Shown in pieces: positions 41,693 through 52,305 of a stretch of 64,000 bases of DNA. How positions within the stretch are numbered: position 1 is the first letter of the stretch; every line of letters begins with the position of its first letter. Below the pieces are notes generated by a model. That model searched no databases. It was not told the DNA's origin and worked only from the letters and a program-made list of their open reading frames with translations. The stretch is from Promethearchaeota archaeon (GTDB lineage: Archaea; Asgardarchaeota; Lokiarchaeia; Sigyniarchaeales; SOKP01), in NCBI GenBank assembly GCA_019058245.1, contig JAHPZJ010000013.1, forward strand, positions 233,166-297,165. The letters run 5' to 3'. The translations under genes and the position numbers were made by a program.

Positions 41693-42268
41693 TTAGAAAA
41701 TCTTGTAAATTATATCATTTAAAGATCTTTTGGGAACATGAATTTCGCCTGTATCATCTTTCCAATAATCAAATGATTTTTCATATGGTTCTAAAACAGA
41801 ATTTTCATCTGGATATCCTATACTAATAACCTGCATTATTTCATAATACGCAGGGATTTCAAATAATTCTCTAATTTTTCCTCTATCTATTGCTGCCATC
41901 CAGCAAGATCCTAAACCAAAATTTACTGCTCCGAGAAGAATATTTTCAACAGAAGCACCAACATCAAAGTTATAAAAGGTTTTCTTAATTTTTGTATTAT
42001 TCAATACTATAAAATAAGCAGTAGGTTCCCTCCCCTTTTCAGGAGTCCTTTGGTCTTCTGGAAGTGAAGCTGCCCATCTCAATAAGGGAAACAACTTTTC
42101 CTTGAATTCAGGCTTCTGGACAATAACGAATTCAACACCTTGAACATTCCTCGCCATAGGAGCGACTCGAGCGTACTCGATTAATTTTCTTAAAATGTCT
42201 ATTGATATTGGTGTTTGTTTAAATCTTCTTATTGTCCTTCTTTTAAAAATCACTTCTTCAAAATCCAT
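41693..42268 (-). CDS. Nitroreductase family protein
   Basis: RRTIRRF, APMARNVQ, GLGSCW, IGYP. Confidence 0.9.
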   Translation of the reverse strand: MDFEEVIFKRRTIRRFKQTPISIDILRKLIEYARVAPMARNVQGVEFVIVQKPEFKEKLFPLLRWAASLPEDQRTPEKGREPTAYFIVLNNTKIKKTFYNFDVGASVENILLGAVNFGLGSCWMAAIDRGKIRELFEIPAYYEIMQVISIGYPDENSVLEPYEKSFDYWKDDTGEIHVPKRSLNDIIYKIF

Positions 42269-42286
42269 TATTATTACAGTTAATTA

Positions 42287-43330
42287 TTATTTTTTAGAAT
42301 GTAATAACGTTTTTGCCAACTTATAAAAACTTTCTTCTACATTTTTACCAGTTAATGCTGAGGTTTCTATATATTCTAAGTTCAGTTCTTCTGCTATCTT
42401 TGCAGCATCATTTATTGGTACTTTTCTTTCATTTAGTAAATCTTCTTTATTACCTAATATAAATCCTATTAATTTTTTTTGTGTTCTACCTATATTTTTA
42501 AAGACATCATTATACCAATTAGGAATACTCTCAAATGATTTAGGATTTGTTAGATCAAAGATTAAAATGACACCTTCTGAGCCTTGATAGAAGTGACGAC
42601 GCATAAGCTCAAATTTACTCTGACCAGCAATATCCCATAGAATTAAATTAATTAAAATATTATCTAAGTTTATATTTTTTTCTGAAACTGATACGCCAAG
42701 TGTTGGTATGTAAGTACGCATAAATGCATTATCAGTAAATCTAAGAATTGTGCTTGTTTTCCCTACACCAGGATCACCACAGACTACAATTTTAAAATGA
42801 TACCCATATTTTTTTCTTCGAAGTTTTGTATCTTCAGGAAATGCTTTTAATTCAGATTTTTGCTTCTCTTTGTTGAACAGATCATTTAAGATTTCTGATA
42901 CTTTTTTTTTCAATTTTATGATTTCAGCATAGATTTCATCTGATTCTACTTGATTGTTTTCTAATTCTATAATATTTTGAGCACTGTCATTGAAAGCAGA
43001 TTCAAGATAACCTAAGTATTTATAAAATATAGAATCATCTGATTCTCCAAAAAGCAATGTGAGTGATGATAACGCAACACCTCCACGTTTAGTTTCATCT
43101 GGACGTTCAATATATTTTGTTACACCTTTTAAATTTAACATGGGAAAAGGATAAATTACTAAAGATTGAGGAACAGCCCCTTGATCAGTAGAGAGCATAG
43201 TAACTGATTTAATACCTACTGACATACAAATATCATCAGATAAATCAATTGGATCCCATAGAAACGGTTTTGGGCCAATAATTTCATCTAATAATGTGTA
43301 AACTACAGCAGTAATTATTTCTTTTGACAT
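42287..43330 (-). CDS. uDENN/longin-like domain fused to Rab-like GTPase
   Basis: N-terminal LDEIIGPKP...DETKRGG; C-terminal GDPGVGKT, WDIAGQ, NKED, SAL. Confidence 0.85.
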   Translation of the reverse strand: MSKEIITAVVYTLLDEIIGPKPFLWDPIDLSDDICMSVGIKSVTMLSTDQGAVPQSLVIYPFPMLNLKGVTKYIERPDETKRGGVALSSLTLLFGESDDSIFYKYLGYLESAFNDSAQNIIELENNQVESDEIYAEIIKLKKKVSEILNDLFNKEKQKSELKAFPEDTKLRRKKYGYHFKIVVCGDPGVGKTSTILRFTDNAFMRTYIPTLGVSVSEKNINLDNILINLILWDIAGQSKFELMRRHFYQGSEGVILIFDLTNPKSFESIPNWYNDVFKNIGRTQKKLIGFILGNKEDLLNERKVPINDAAKIAEELNLEYIETSALTGKNVEESFYKLAKTLLHSKK

Positions 43331-43698
43331 TGTTGAGCGTAAAAGATAAAGTATAAAAAAAATCTAACTTATTTGTGTTTTCTTTTGATAAATTAAAAAA
43401 CTTAAAATTAATAAAAATTTGTAAAAGCAAAGATTATCTAAGTTTTAGCAAAAATTTTATAACGCTAATTTTGGAAGATTAAAATACAAGATTAAATTTT
43501 GATTTTCTAAATTTATTTAATTTTATATATTTCATTACCGTTCTGTTAATTAGATAAAACTAATATTAAATGATATAAGTATTGACAGTTCGTGAAACGT
43601 GCCTTTCACGTTAAATTCTATATATCAGCATAATACTTATTATTCAAAATGTTTTATCTCGATTTATAGCCAGATTCATTTTAAATATTCCTAAAAAC

Positions 43699-44742
43699 TC
43701 AAATATATGATTTGAATAAATGATTTGCGATAGTTGAGAAGGCATAATTAACATTTTCACCCAAGAGTGCCGAAGTCTCGATAAATTTCATTCTTAATTG
43801 ATCTGCTAATTGAGTTGCCATTTCGGATGTTACTTTCCTTTGTTCCACTAAATCTCTTTTATTACCAATAATAAATCCCTTAAATTTTGAAAACCTATAT
43901 TTTAACTGTTCAATTACATCTGAATACCATTTAAGTATATTATTAAAAGAGTCAATATGGGTTAAATCAAAAACGAAGAATACAGCATCGGACCCTTGAT
44001 AAAAATCCTGTCTCATAGTTTGAAATTTTTGTTGACCACCAATATCCCAGAGTGCTAATTGAACAATAGATTCATTGATTTTAAAGACCTTGTCCGAAAC
44101 CTGAACGCCAAGGGTAGGTACGTAGTTTCTCCTAAATGCGTTATTTGTATATCGTAATATTAAGGAGGTTTTTCCGACACCAGCATCACCAACAATTATT
44201 ATTTTAAATTTATAATCAATTAAACTTCGATCCTTGATTTTTATTGTTGGAAATTCTTCTTGTTCTTGTTGCGAAATCTCTTGAAGTTTTAATTCTTCTA
44301 AAAGGCTTTTTATGTTAAATTCAAGATGTTCTAATATTTGTATAAAATCTTCTCTAAAACTAGTTGATTTTTCTAAATTTATTATTGCTTGAGTTAGATT
44401 GTCAAAGGGGATAGAGAGATCATTAATATATTTATAAAAAATTGCATCATTAATATCCTGAAATAATAGAATTATTGCGGATTGACCAATTCCTCCACGT
44501 CTAGAAGCATCGTCCCATTTAATGTATTTTACCAATCCTTTTAATTTCATTGAAGTAAAGGGAAGGATCACTAAAGTCTTAGGAACAAGTCCTTGTTCTC
44601 CAGTTAAGATTGTTAAGGTTTTTATACTTATTTGAAGTAGTTCCATCTTTGAATATTGAGTACTAAGCCAAGCTACAGGATTTGGGCCTAACTTATCATT
44701 TAATTCTACATAAATAATGCCCGCTATTAATTGGCGCTCCAT
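43699..44742 (-). CDS. uDENN/longin-like domain fused to Rab-like GTPase
   Basis: LNDKLGPNP...DDASRRGG; GDAGVGKT, WDIGGQ, NKRD, SAL. Confidence 0.85.
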   Translation of the reverse strand: MERQLIAGIIYVELNDKLGPNPVAWLSTQYSKMELLQISIKTLTILTGEQGLVPKTLVILPFTSMKLKGLVKYIKWDDASRRGGIGQSAIILLFQDINDAIFYKYINDLSIPFDNLTQAIINLEKSTSFREDFIQILEHLEFNIKSLLEELKLQEISQQEQEEFPTIKIKDRSLIDYKFKIIIVGDAGVGKTSLILRYTNNAFRRNYVPTLGVQVSDKVFKINESIVQLALWDIGGQQKFQTMRQDFYQGSDAVFFVFDLTHIDSFNNILKWYSDVIEQLKYRFSKFKGFIIGNKRDLVEQRKVTSEMATQLADQLRMKFIETSALLGENVNYAFSTIANHLFKSYI

Positions 44743-44800
44743 GATTTTTAGAAACTTATCTTAATAAAGAATTAAAATTAGAATGATTATTTCTACAAAC

Positions 44801-45844
44801 TCAAGTATATGATTTGTATAAATGATTCGCGATTGTTGAAAATGCATAATTAACATTTTCACCCAAGAGTGCCGAAGTCTCAACAAATTTCAGCTCTAAT
44901 TGTTCTGCTAATTGCGTTGCCATATCAGAAGTTATCTTTCTTTGATCAGCTAAATCTCTTTTATTTCCAATAATAAATCCCTTTAATTCTGGAGATCTAT
45001 CTTTTACCTGTTCTATTACATCTGAATACCACTTAGGTATATTATTGAAAGATTCAATACGGGTTAAATCAAAAACGAAAAATACGGCATCAGACCCTTT
45101 ATAAAAATGCTGTCTCATAGTTTGAAATTTTTGCTGGCCACCAATATCCCAGAGTGTTAATTGAATAATAGATTCATCGATTTTAAAGACTTTATCGCTT
45201 ACCATAACACCTAAAGTTGGTACGTAATTTCTCCTAAAGGCGTTATTGGTATATCGTAATATTAAGGAGGTTTTTCCGACACTTGGATCGCCAACAATTA
45301 TTATTTTAAATTGATAATCGATTAAACTTCGATCCTTGATTTTTATTGCTGGGAATTCTTCTTGTTCTTGTTGTGAAATCTCTTGAAGTTTTAATTCTTC
45401 TAAGAGACTTTTTGTATTAAATTCAAGATGCTCTAATATATGTATGAAATCCTCTCTAGAACTAGTTGATTTTTCTAAATTTATTATGGCTTGAGTAAGA
45501 TTGTCAAAAGGAATAGATAGATCATTAATATATTTATAAAAAATTACATCATCAATATCTTGAAATAATAGAATTATTGCTGATTGACCAATTCCTCCAC
45601 GTCTAGAAGCATCGTCCCATTTAATGTATTTAACCAATCCTTTTAAATTCATTGAAGTAAAGGGAAGGATCACTAAAGTCTTAGGAACAAGGCCTTGTTC
45701 TCCAGTTAAAATCGTTAAGGTTTTTATACTTATTTGGATTAATTCCATCTGTGTAAATTGAGTACCAAGCCAAGCTACAGGATTTGGGCCCAATTCCTCA
45801 TTCATTTCTACATAAATAATACCAGTTATTAATTGTCGCTCCAT
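44801..45844 (-). CDS. uDENN/longin-like domain fused to Rab-like GTPase (tandem duplicate of 43699..44742)
   Basis: MNEELGPNP...DDASRRGG; GDPSVGKT, WDIGGQ, NKRD, SAL; same 347 aa length, highly similar. Confidence 0.85.
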   Translation of the reverse strand: MERQLITGIIYVEMNEELGPNPVAWLGTQFTQMELIQISIKTLTILTGEQGLVPKTLVILPFTSMNLKGLVKYIKWDDASRRGGIGQSAIILLFQDIDDVIFYKYINDLSIPFDNLTQAIINLEKSTSSREDFIHILEHLEFNTKSLLEELKLQEISQQEQEEFPAIKIKDRSLIDYQFKIIIVGDPSVGKTSLILRYTNNAFRRNYVPTLGVMVSDKVFKIDESIIQLTLWDIGGQQKFQTMRQHFYKGSDAVFFVFDLTRIESFNNIPKWYSDVIEQVKDRSPELKGFIIGNKRDLADQRKITSDMATQLAEQLELKFVETSALLGENVNYAFSTIANHLYKSYT

Positions 45845-46175
45845 GATTTTTAGATACTTTCTTTATAAAATATATAAAAAAACAAATTTTCCATATATTT
45901 TACATTTACCATATAAAATAATTATATTGATAGTAAATATAATCTTTGAAAAAAAGAATATTGGAATATATTTTATTAAAAAAATATAAAAATAAGATAA
46001 TTATGAAACTTGATTTTATTTTTTTATTCATATTGATATATGATATGATTAAAAGGTTCTAAACAATGTCTGTATATATAAAATGAATATTGATTACAAA
46101 ATTGTAATAGCTTTTGATTATGATTATTGGCTCTATATCGAATATGCAAAGAAAAAAGCAATAAATAATACCCTC

Positions 46176-46451
46176 TTAATCTTTAACATTTTCTAAGATT
46201 GAGATGATTCTATAAACTGTAGTTCTCGCATGAAATGGTATGTTCGCATCTTGGGCAAGATCATCGACCATGTACATTACATTGCTGGCACGTATACCAG
46301 GAGTGTCTTCTTCGTTATGTAATTCATTAATACTTCTTTGTGCAATCCTTTTGATATTTCGAGGCACACTACGATCATTTATCATTCCATTTAAAAGATA
46401 TTCAACATTTTCAAAGGCTTTTTTTTCTTCTTCAGTTATTGCCCTTGGCAT
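46176..46451 (-). CDS. UPF0147 family protein
   Basis: DRSVPRNIKR...DANIPFHART; start placed at MPRA (46451). Confidence 0.88.
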   Translation of the reverse strand: MPRAITEEEKKAFENVEYLLNGMINDRSVPRNIKRIAQRSINELHNEEDTPGIRASNVMYMVDDLAQDANIPFHARTTVYRIISILENVKD

Positions 46452-46546
46452 TAAAAAAATCACCAAAAAGAGTGTTATAAATCAGTAAAACGTTTACAAA
46501 TAAGAATTTTTTATAAAATATAATTTTTTTGATTTTAGGAGTTTTT

Positions 46547-49459
46547 TCAATATATTCCGAATTCACGTATTTTCTTTTTGAGATTAGGAATTTTCTCACT
46601 AAATTCTTTCAATTGATTTTGATAATTTTTGAAAAAATCATCAAAATTCTTAATTTCTCCCTTATCAATATCTTGTACAAAACCATGTGAGATTTGTTGA
46701 ATTTTATCGAATATATGATTAAATTGTTCCGTAATTTCCATAAGATTTTGATTTTCTATTTCACTTTGTTTTCTTACCATATTTCGAAGTTTACCTCGTG
46801 GAATCCGAATTTTGTTTATTAGTATATCACATTCATTTAAAAATTCATAAGATTGTGCTTTATTTTTTTCAGATAATTTAGCTTCAATTTTTTCAGTTCT
46901 CCAGGTATTCATCCTTCCTCTAGCAAATGTGTCAAAGTTTAATGAAAGGGAATCAATTCCTTCTCTCACGAGGAATCTAAGAAAATCAGGATCATCACTC
47001 GGAGCTTGACCACAAATTCCAACTTTTTTACCATTTTGATGAGCAGTTTTTATTAAATGACTAACTGACCTCCTAATAGCTTCACTATTGGTATTGTAAT
47101 TATAAGTATTCATTAAGGGAATCATTTTTTCATTATCACGTCCAACACCATAGGTTAGTTGCGTCAGATCATTACTTCCAATACTAAAACCGTCAAAATA
47201 TTGACAAAAAATATCCGCACATAATATATTAGAAGGGATTTCAGCCATGACATAAACTTTTAATCCATTCTGACCTCGAATTAATCCTTCACTCTCCATA
47301 ATATCCATGATTTTTTTAGCCTCTTCAGGACTTCTACAAAAGGGTAGCATTGGAATAATATTTGTTAATCCCCAATCACGAGCTTTTTTAATTGCTCTTA
47401 ATTCTAACATAAATGCATTTTGAAATTCGTCATGTACATATCTAGAACAACCTCTGAATCCTAACATTGGATTATTTTCTTCGCCCTCATAAATCCAACC
47501 TCCTACTAGGTTTGCATATTCATTTGTTTTAAAATCTGAAAGCCTTACTACACATTCTGCTAAATTTTCATCTTCCAATACTTTCCAAACACCAGCAGAA
47601 ATAGTAGCGATTCCTTCTGCTAATTTTTGTACATAATATTCTTCTTTATTATCATAACCAACTGTTATTTCCCTAATTTTATCTAGTGTCTGCTTTAATT
47701 TCAAAATCTCTTGGTTAAAAGGATCTTTATGATAAAGGTCACTTTTTTTTATATTTTCTATTCTTTTTCTTTGTTCTACTAGAATATCATATCTCATAAT
47801 TAATGCTTCAAAATCTATCAATGCATTAGGGTGAATTTGAATCTCATCATTTATAATAAATTCTAATCTTGCTAATCCTGTCCCATCAGGATATTTTCCA
47901 GAAGATAATGCTCCCTTTGGGATACCTAGATTAACCAAAACTTTTGTTTTTGTATTTGGTAATTTCGAGAATTCAATAGTATCCGAATCATATTCTACAT
48001 CTTTTAACCAAATCCTCGATTCACCCTCGCTGCAATCAATAGTTACATATTCAATCTCATCTCGCTGTTTTTCCTTGATAATTTGCACGATATTATCAGC
48101 ACCAACAATAGATGCTATATTCAATTCTCTTGAAACAATTGCAGCATGACAAGTAGGGCCTCCTCTCTCAGTAATAACGCCCCCCAGATTCTGCATGTAA
48201 GATGTCCAATCTGGATTTGTTTCCTCTGTTACAAGAATATCCCCTTGTTGTAATAAATGAGCATCATTTATTGATTCTATGACTTTAACCTTCCCATATC
48301 CAATTCTTCGCCCAATAGCAATACCAGAATTTTCTATTAATAAATTTTGATTGATTAATTCTTCAGGATCTTCAAGTAAATAAAAAATCTCTTCTACATC
48401 ACCTTTAATACTATGAACCGTTTCAGGACGAGCTTGCACAATATATACTTTATTATCATTTCCAAGAGCCCATTCAATATCCATTCTTTTTTTGTAATGT
48501 TCTCTAATTTTTTGAGCATATTGAGCTAAAATCATAACTTCCTCTTCATTTAGGCAATATCTCATTTGCTTTTCTTGAGGTACTGGTATTATATCAGTTC
48601 CAATTTTTGCAGAACCTTTAGAAAATATCATCATTTTCTCTTTTTTAACAAGTTCCCTTCGAATAATTCTAAGACTTTTAGGATCATGTTTAAAAACAAT
48701 AAATTCATCGCCTTTTTCAACGCCTTGCACAATTAATTCACCTAATCCCCAAGTACCCCTAATAACAATTACATTGGGATTACCACTATCAGGATCTTCC
48801 GTAAACATCACACCAGAAGCTTTTACTCCTCCTAATCCACCAGCCATTTGTTGAACTCCGACACTTAATTTAACTGAGAAATGATCGAATCCCGCTCGTT
48901 CACGATACATAGTTGCCCGTGTGGTAAACACAGATGCCATATCTTTCAAAATATACTCTAAAATTTCCTTCTCTCCAGAAATATTTAAATGAGTATCTTG
49001 TTGTCCAGCGAATGACGCATCAGGCAGATCCTCTGCTGTTGCTGAACTTCTTATTGCAAAAGTTGATTCTCTACCAATTTTTTTTATTAAAATATCATAT
49101 GCATTTAGGATCTCATCTGCTAAAGAATCTGGAATTTTTGCTTGTTCAATAAGATATCTTATATTTGCACAAATTTTATCAACTTTTTCTACTGCTTTAA
49201 TGTCTTCTAATTTCAATTCATTAGAAATCTTCTTAATATCCCTTTCAATTAGTTCTCTTAAAGAAATTTCTTCTTCTTTAATTGTATAAAAATTAGTATC
49301 TAAAACATAATCATAAGCCTTTGAAGTTATCGCAAATCCTAATGGAACAGAGATTCCAAAACTTAACAATTCTCCTAAGGAAGCATTTTTACCACCAACC
49401 AGGGGAACATCATTCGCTCTAACATCTTCAAAAAATCTTATATACCTATAATCAGCCAT
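46547..49459 (-). CDS. ppsA: Phosphoenolpyruvate synthase (pyruvate, water dikinase)
   Basis: VGGKNASLGE, RSSATAEDLPDASFAGQQDT, phospho-His TCHAAI, NPMLGFRG, SIGSNDLTQ, GICGQAPSD. Confidence 0.95.
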   Translation of the reverse strand: MADYRYIRFFEDVRANDVPLVGGKNASLGELLSFGISVPLGFAITSKAYDYVLDTNFYTIKEEEISLRELIERDIKKISNELKLEDIKAVEKVDKICANIRYLIEQAKIPDSLADEILNAYDILIKKIGRESTFAIRSSATAEDLPDASFAGQQDTHLNISGEKEILEYILKDMASVFTTRATMYRERAGFDHFSVKLSVGVQQMAGGLGGVKASGVMFTEDPDSGNPNVIVIRGTWGLGELIVQGVEKGDEFIVFKHDPKSLRIIRRELVKKEKMMIFSKGSAKIGTDIIPVPQEKQMRYCLNEEEVMILAQYAQKIREHYKKRMDIEWALGNDNKVYIVQARPETVHSIKGDVEEIFYLLEDPEELINQNLLIENSGIAIGRRIGYGKVKVIESINDAHLLQQGDILVTEETNPDWTSYMQNLGGVITERGGPTCHAAIVSRELNIASIVGADNIVQIIKEKQRDEIEYVTIDCSEGESRIWLKDVEYDSDTIEFSKLPNTKTKVLVNLGIPKGALSSGKYPDGTGLARLEFIINDEIQIHPNALIDFEALIMRYDILVEQRKRIENIKKSDLYHKDPFNQEILKLKQTLDKIREITVGYDNKEEYYVQKLAEGIATISAGVWKVLEDENLAECVVRLSDFKTNEYANLVGGWIYEGEENNPMLGFRGCSRYVHDEFQNAFMLELRAIKKARDWGLTNIIPMLPFCRSPEEAKKIMDIMESEGLIRGQNGLKVYVMAEIPSNILCADIFCQYFDGFSIGSNDLTQLTYGVGRDNEKMIPLMNTYNYNTNSEAIRRSVSHLIKTAHQNGKKVGICGQAPSDDPDFLRFLVREGIDSLSLNFDTFARGRMNTWRTEKIEAKLSEKNKAQSYEFLNECDILINKIRIPRGKLRNMVRKQSEIENQNLMEITEQFNHIFDKIQQISHGFVQDIDKGEIKNFDDFFKNYQNQLKEFSEKIPNLKKKIREFGIY

Positions 49460-49570
49460 AGTAATGCAAAATTTCTTTGAATTAAAATGATGAAATTATC
49501 TTGAAATAATAATAACTCTCCTTCTTATTATTAATTCAACTATCATAAAAAAAGTAACGACAAAAAAGGA

Positions 49571-50089
49571 TTATTTTAATTCCTTTTCAAATATATCAAA
49601 ATCAGAAATGGTATATAAGCAAAAAATAACTTTTTCTATTTGAGTATTACCTTGTAAATATTCTTTAGCGGTGTTTATCATAATTTTCGAACATCGTTCT
49701 ATTGGAAAGCCGAAAATACCAGTAGATATCGCAGGAAATGCGATAGTCTTTAGTTTATATTCATCCATTAATTTTAAACTATTTAATGTTGCATTTTTTA
49801 ATTTATGATCTTCATCTCCTTCTCCCATTCTAGGACCTACAGCATGAATTACATACTTAGCCTTTAAACCACCTCCTGTCGTAATTACAGCTCCACCTAC
49901 AAAAGTACTACCAATTTTATTACATTCTTCTTGAATAGTAGGTCCACCCTTTTTCCTGACAGCTCCAGCAACTCCTCCCCCTAGTATAAGTTGGGCATTA
50001 GCTGCATTAACAATAACATCAACATTTAATTCAGTAATATCTCCTTGTTCCAAAATTAACAAAGAGTCGTTTATCTTTAGTTCTTTCAT
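49571..50089 (-). CDS. Macro domain protein (O-acetyl-ADP-ribose deacetylase-like)
   Basis: GDIT, IVNAAN, GGGVAGA, HAVGP, AISTGIFGFP; start moved to MKELK to avoid overlap with the upstream gene. Confidence 0.92.
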   Translation of the reverse strand: MKELKINDSLLILEQGDITELNVDVIVNAANAQLILGGGVAGAVRKKGGPTIQEECNKIGSTFVGGAVITTGGGLKAKYVIHAVGPRMGEGDEDHKLKNATLNSLKLMDEYKLKTIAFPAISTGIFGFPIERCSKIMINTAKEYLQGNTQIEKVIFCLYTISDFDIFEKELK

Positions 50090-50141
50090 TATAACGCTCA
50101 GATTTTCTTTATTTATAAATAGATAAAAAAAAAATATTTTT

Positions 50142-50846
50142 TTATTCGACTTCACGTTCTTTTTTAAAGATCTCGTCCAATTTAGCTCTATCTTCATCAG
50201 ACATTTTACTCATTGCTTCCATATTTTGCCGCATTAAATCCATCATAATTTTTTGTGATATAAGTTGATTCAATACAGGTAATGCGATTCTCATTCTAGT
50301 TAATTCATAATGCATGGTTTTTGCAGTTTCTCGCATTTCTTTTAATTCATCTATTGTCATCCCTTCTTCACCAATACCAGGGCAATCTGCATCTACTACT
50401 ATAAAGTTTTTTCCATCAAATTCTAATGGATAGGTTCGACAACTTAGTGGGCGGTTTTCATAGACTAAACATTTTTTATCGTCCTTATTATATAGGGGGC
50501 ATTTTACATCTAATAACTCTTCGATAGGTACAGTACCAAATGGATCTTTAGGAGGTGATTCATCTTCTCCCTCTTTTGGAGGTGGAGCTAAAGGTTTCAA
50601 TATTAAATCAATTCCCCCATCAGGTTTTTGATAAATATCTAAATATGGCATAAAGTTGGCTACAACCCCATTTCGAGCCCACATTTCAAGATCCCAAAAA
50701 GTAATAGGGATAGGTCCTCTAGCAGCGCAACAATTATCGCATCGAGTGCATTTAAAAGAAAACTTTGCTTTTGGTTTATCATCTGAAGTTTCTTTTTCAC
50801 TTTCATTTACTTCAGAATTTTGAGGTTCTTTATCTTCTTCGGACAT
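50142..50846 (-). CDS. YkgJ/FliB-family cysteine cluster protein
   Basis: CTRCDNCC, CPLY, CLVYENRPLSCRTYP, CPG. Confidence 0.85.
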   Translation of the reverse strand: MSEEDKEPQNSEVNESEKETSDDKPKAKFSFKCTRCDNCCAARGPIPITFWDLEMWARNGVVANFMPYLDIYQKPDGGIDLILKPLAPPPKEGEDESPPKDPFGTVPIEELLDVKCPLYNKDDKKCLVYENRPLSCRTYPLEFDGKNFIVVDADCPGIGEEGMTIDELKEMRETAKTMHYELTRMRIALPVLNQLISQKIMMDLMRQNMEAMSKMSDEDRAKLDEIFKKEREVE

Positions 50847-51194
50847 AAAAATTTCACTTAATAATTTGATATTTTTAATTTACTATGACATAAGGGAATT
50901 TAACCTAAAAAAAAAATTTTAGCTTTACTTTTAAATGAATAAACTGATCTTTTTAGGATATTAAAATTGATTAAATAATACATTTATGTCTATTTAACTA
51001 TTTAATGAATAAAAAAATTACTATTAACCCAAGACATGAAAATAGTATTCTATTATAATCTAAAAAACTCTCAATTTAATAAAATTATTAGTCATTTATT
51101 TTAAACCATAAATTTAAATATCTATCTAATTAAATTTCTATTAAATAAATCAGAATCGCAATGATTTTCTTTTATATAAAATTAGGGAAAAATT

Positions 51195-51788
51195 ATGTCT
51201 AAAATTGTGAGAAAAGAACTACAAATTTTGATTGATGAAAAGTCAGGACAATTATTTTTAGGTGATAAAAAGAAAGACGTTCGCTTATTAATGTTAAGAC
51301 CAATTGACTTAATTGAATTTTCAGAATTTGCCGGAACGAATGCAGATGATATCATAATTTGGGTAGGGAAATCTATTGGTAAAGCGTATATAGACAAATT
51401 CTTCTCTGATAAGGATTGGAAAAAGGAAACAATGGCAATAAAAGTAGAAATAATTACAGTAATTCTTGAAGCATTAGAAGTAATGGGATTTGGACATTTA
51501 ATCCCAACATTTAAAAAAAAATATGTTTTAATAGAAATTGAAGAACCTTTATCTTTAGATGAATATAATAACATTATGGCAAAAAATCTATGTTTGCTTA
51601 ATCAAGGAATTTTTGCAGGAATATTTGATGCGTTAGAAATTGATGTTGATGGAAAGGAAATAGAATGTGTTTTATTGGATGATGACAAATGTATATTCAG
51701 GTACGATTTACTCTATGATGAAATAGATGAAAGTCTCATAAAAAAAGAAGAGGAAAAAGTATATTCCTTTTCATTACGAGATTTATAA
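51195..51788 (+). CDS. V4R/HNOX-like (TRAPP Bet3-related fold) protein
   Basis: MGFG, CLLNQGIFAGIF, EIECVLLDDDKCIF. Confidence 0.75.
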   Translation: MSKIVRKELQILIDEKSGQLFLGDKKKDVRLLMLRPIDLIEFSEFAGTNADDIIIWVGKSIGKAYIDKFFSDKDWKKETMAIKVEIITVILEALEVMGFGHLIPTFKKKYVLIEIEEPLSLDEYNNIMAKNLCLLNQGIFAGIFDALEIDVDGKEIECVLLDDDKCIFRYDLLYDEIDESLIKKEEEKVYSFSLRDL

Positions 51789-52071
51789 AAGAGATATATG
51801 CCATTAGAATTTAACTTAACTCGAATTATTTCGATTTTTTTTTATAAGAGGGTTAATATCGTTAAAATCAACTTTAAGGGAGTTATACTCTTATACTAGT
51901 GAACTCATCTATGAAAAATGTTATATGCTAAATATTTTATATTCAATCTACAAAATTAAGTATTGGAAAGTAATCATAAAAATTAAAATATATTAAGATT
52001 TCACCTTTCTAATAAAGGTTTTTATTTCATATTAATTATAGTTTTTATATAAAGGTTATAGTGTACCAGTT

Positions 52072-52305
52072 ATGAAACCAATAATCTTAAAGAAAATAAT
52101 TATTTGGTTATTATTAACTCTTAATCTATTATTTGCTTTTGTAATTGGTTTGACAATTCCCTTATTGGAATCAAAAAGTAATTATAATCTTGGAATTGTA
52201 ATGATTCCATTATTAATAATTCTCAATTATATAATTTTAGACAGGTTTCATTATTATCTAAAGCATATAAAGGATAGCGAGGGTGAATTGGATCCAAAAA
52301 CATAA
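52072..52305 (+). CDS. Small two-TM membrane protein
   Basis: 77 aa, two hydrophobic helices; overlaps the start of the next gene. Confidence 0.6.
   Translation: MKPIILKKIIIWLLLTLNLLFAFVIGLTIPLLESKSNYNLGIVMIPLLIILNYIILDRFHYYLKHIKDSEGELDPKT

Noticed and set aside
10528-50089. SET, HDAC, GNAT and macro-domain genes as a chromatin-modification cluster
   Set aside because: They are scattered over 40 kb, all are common prokaryotic families, and no histone gene is linked.
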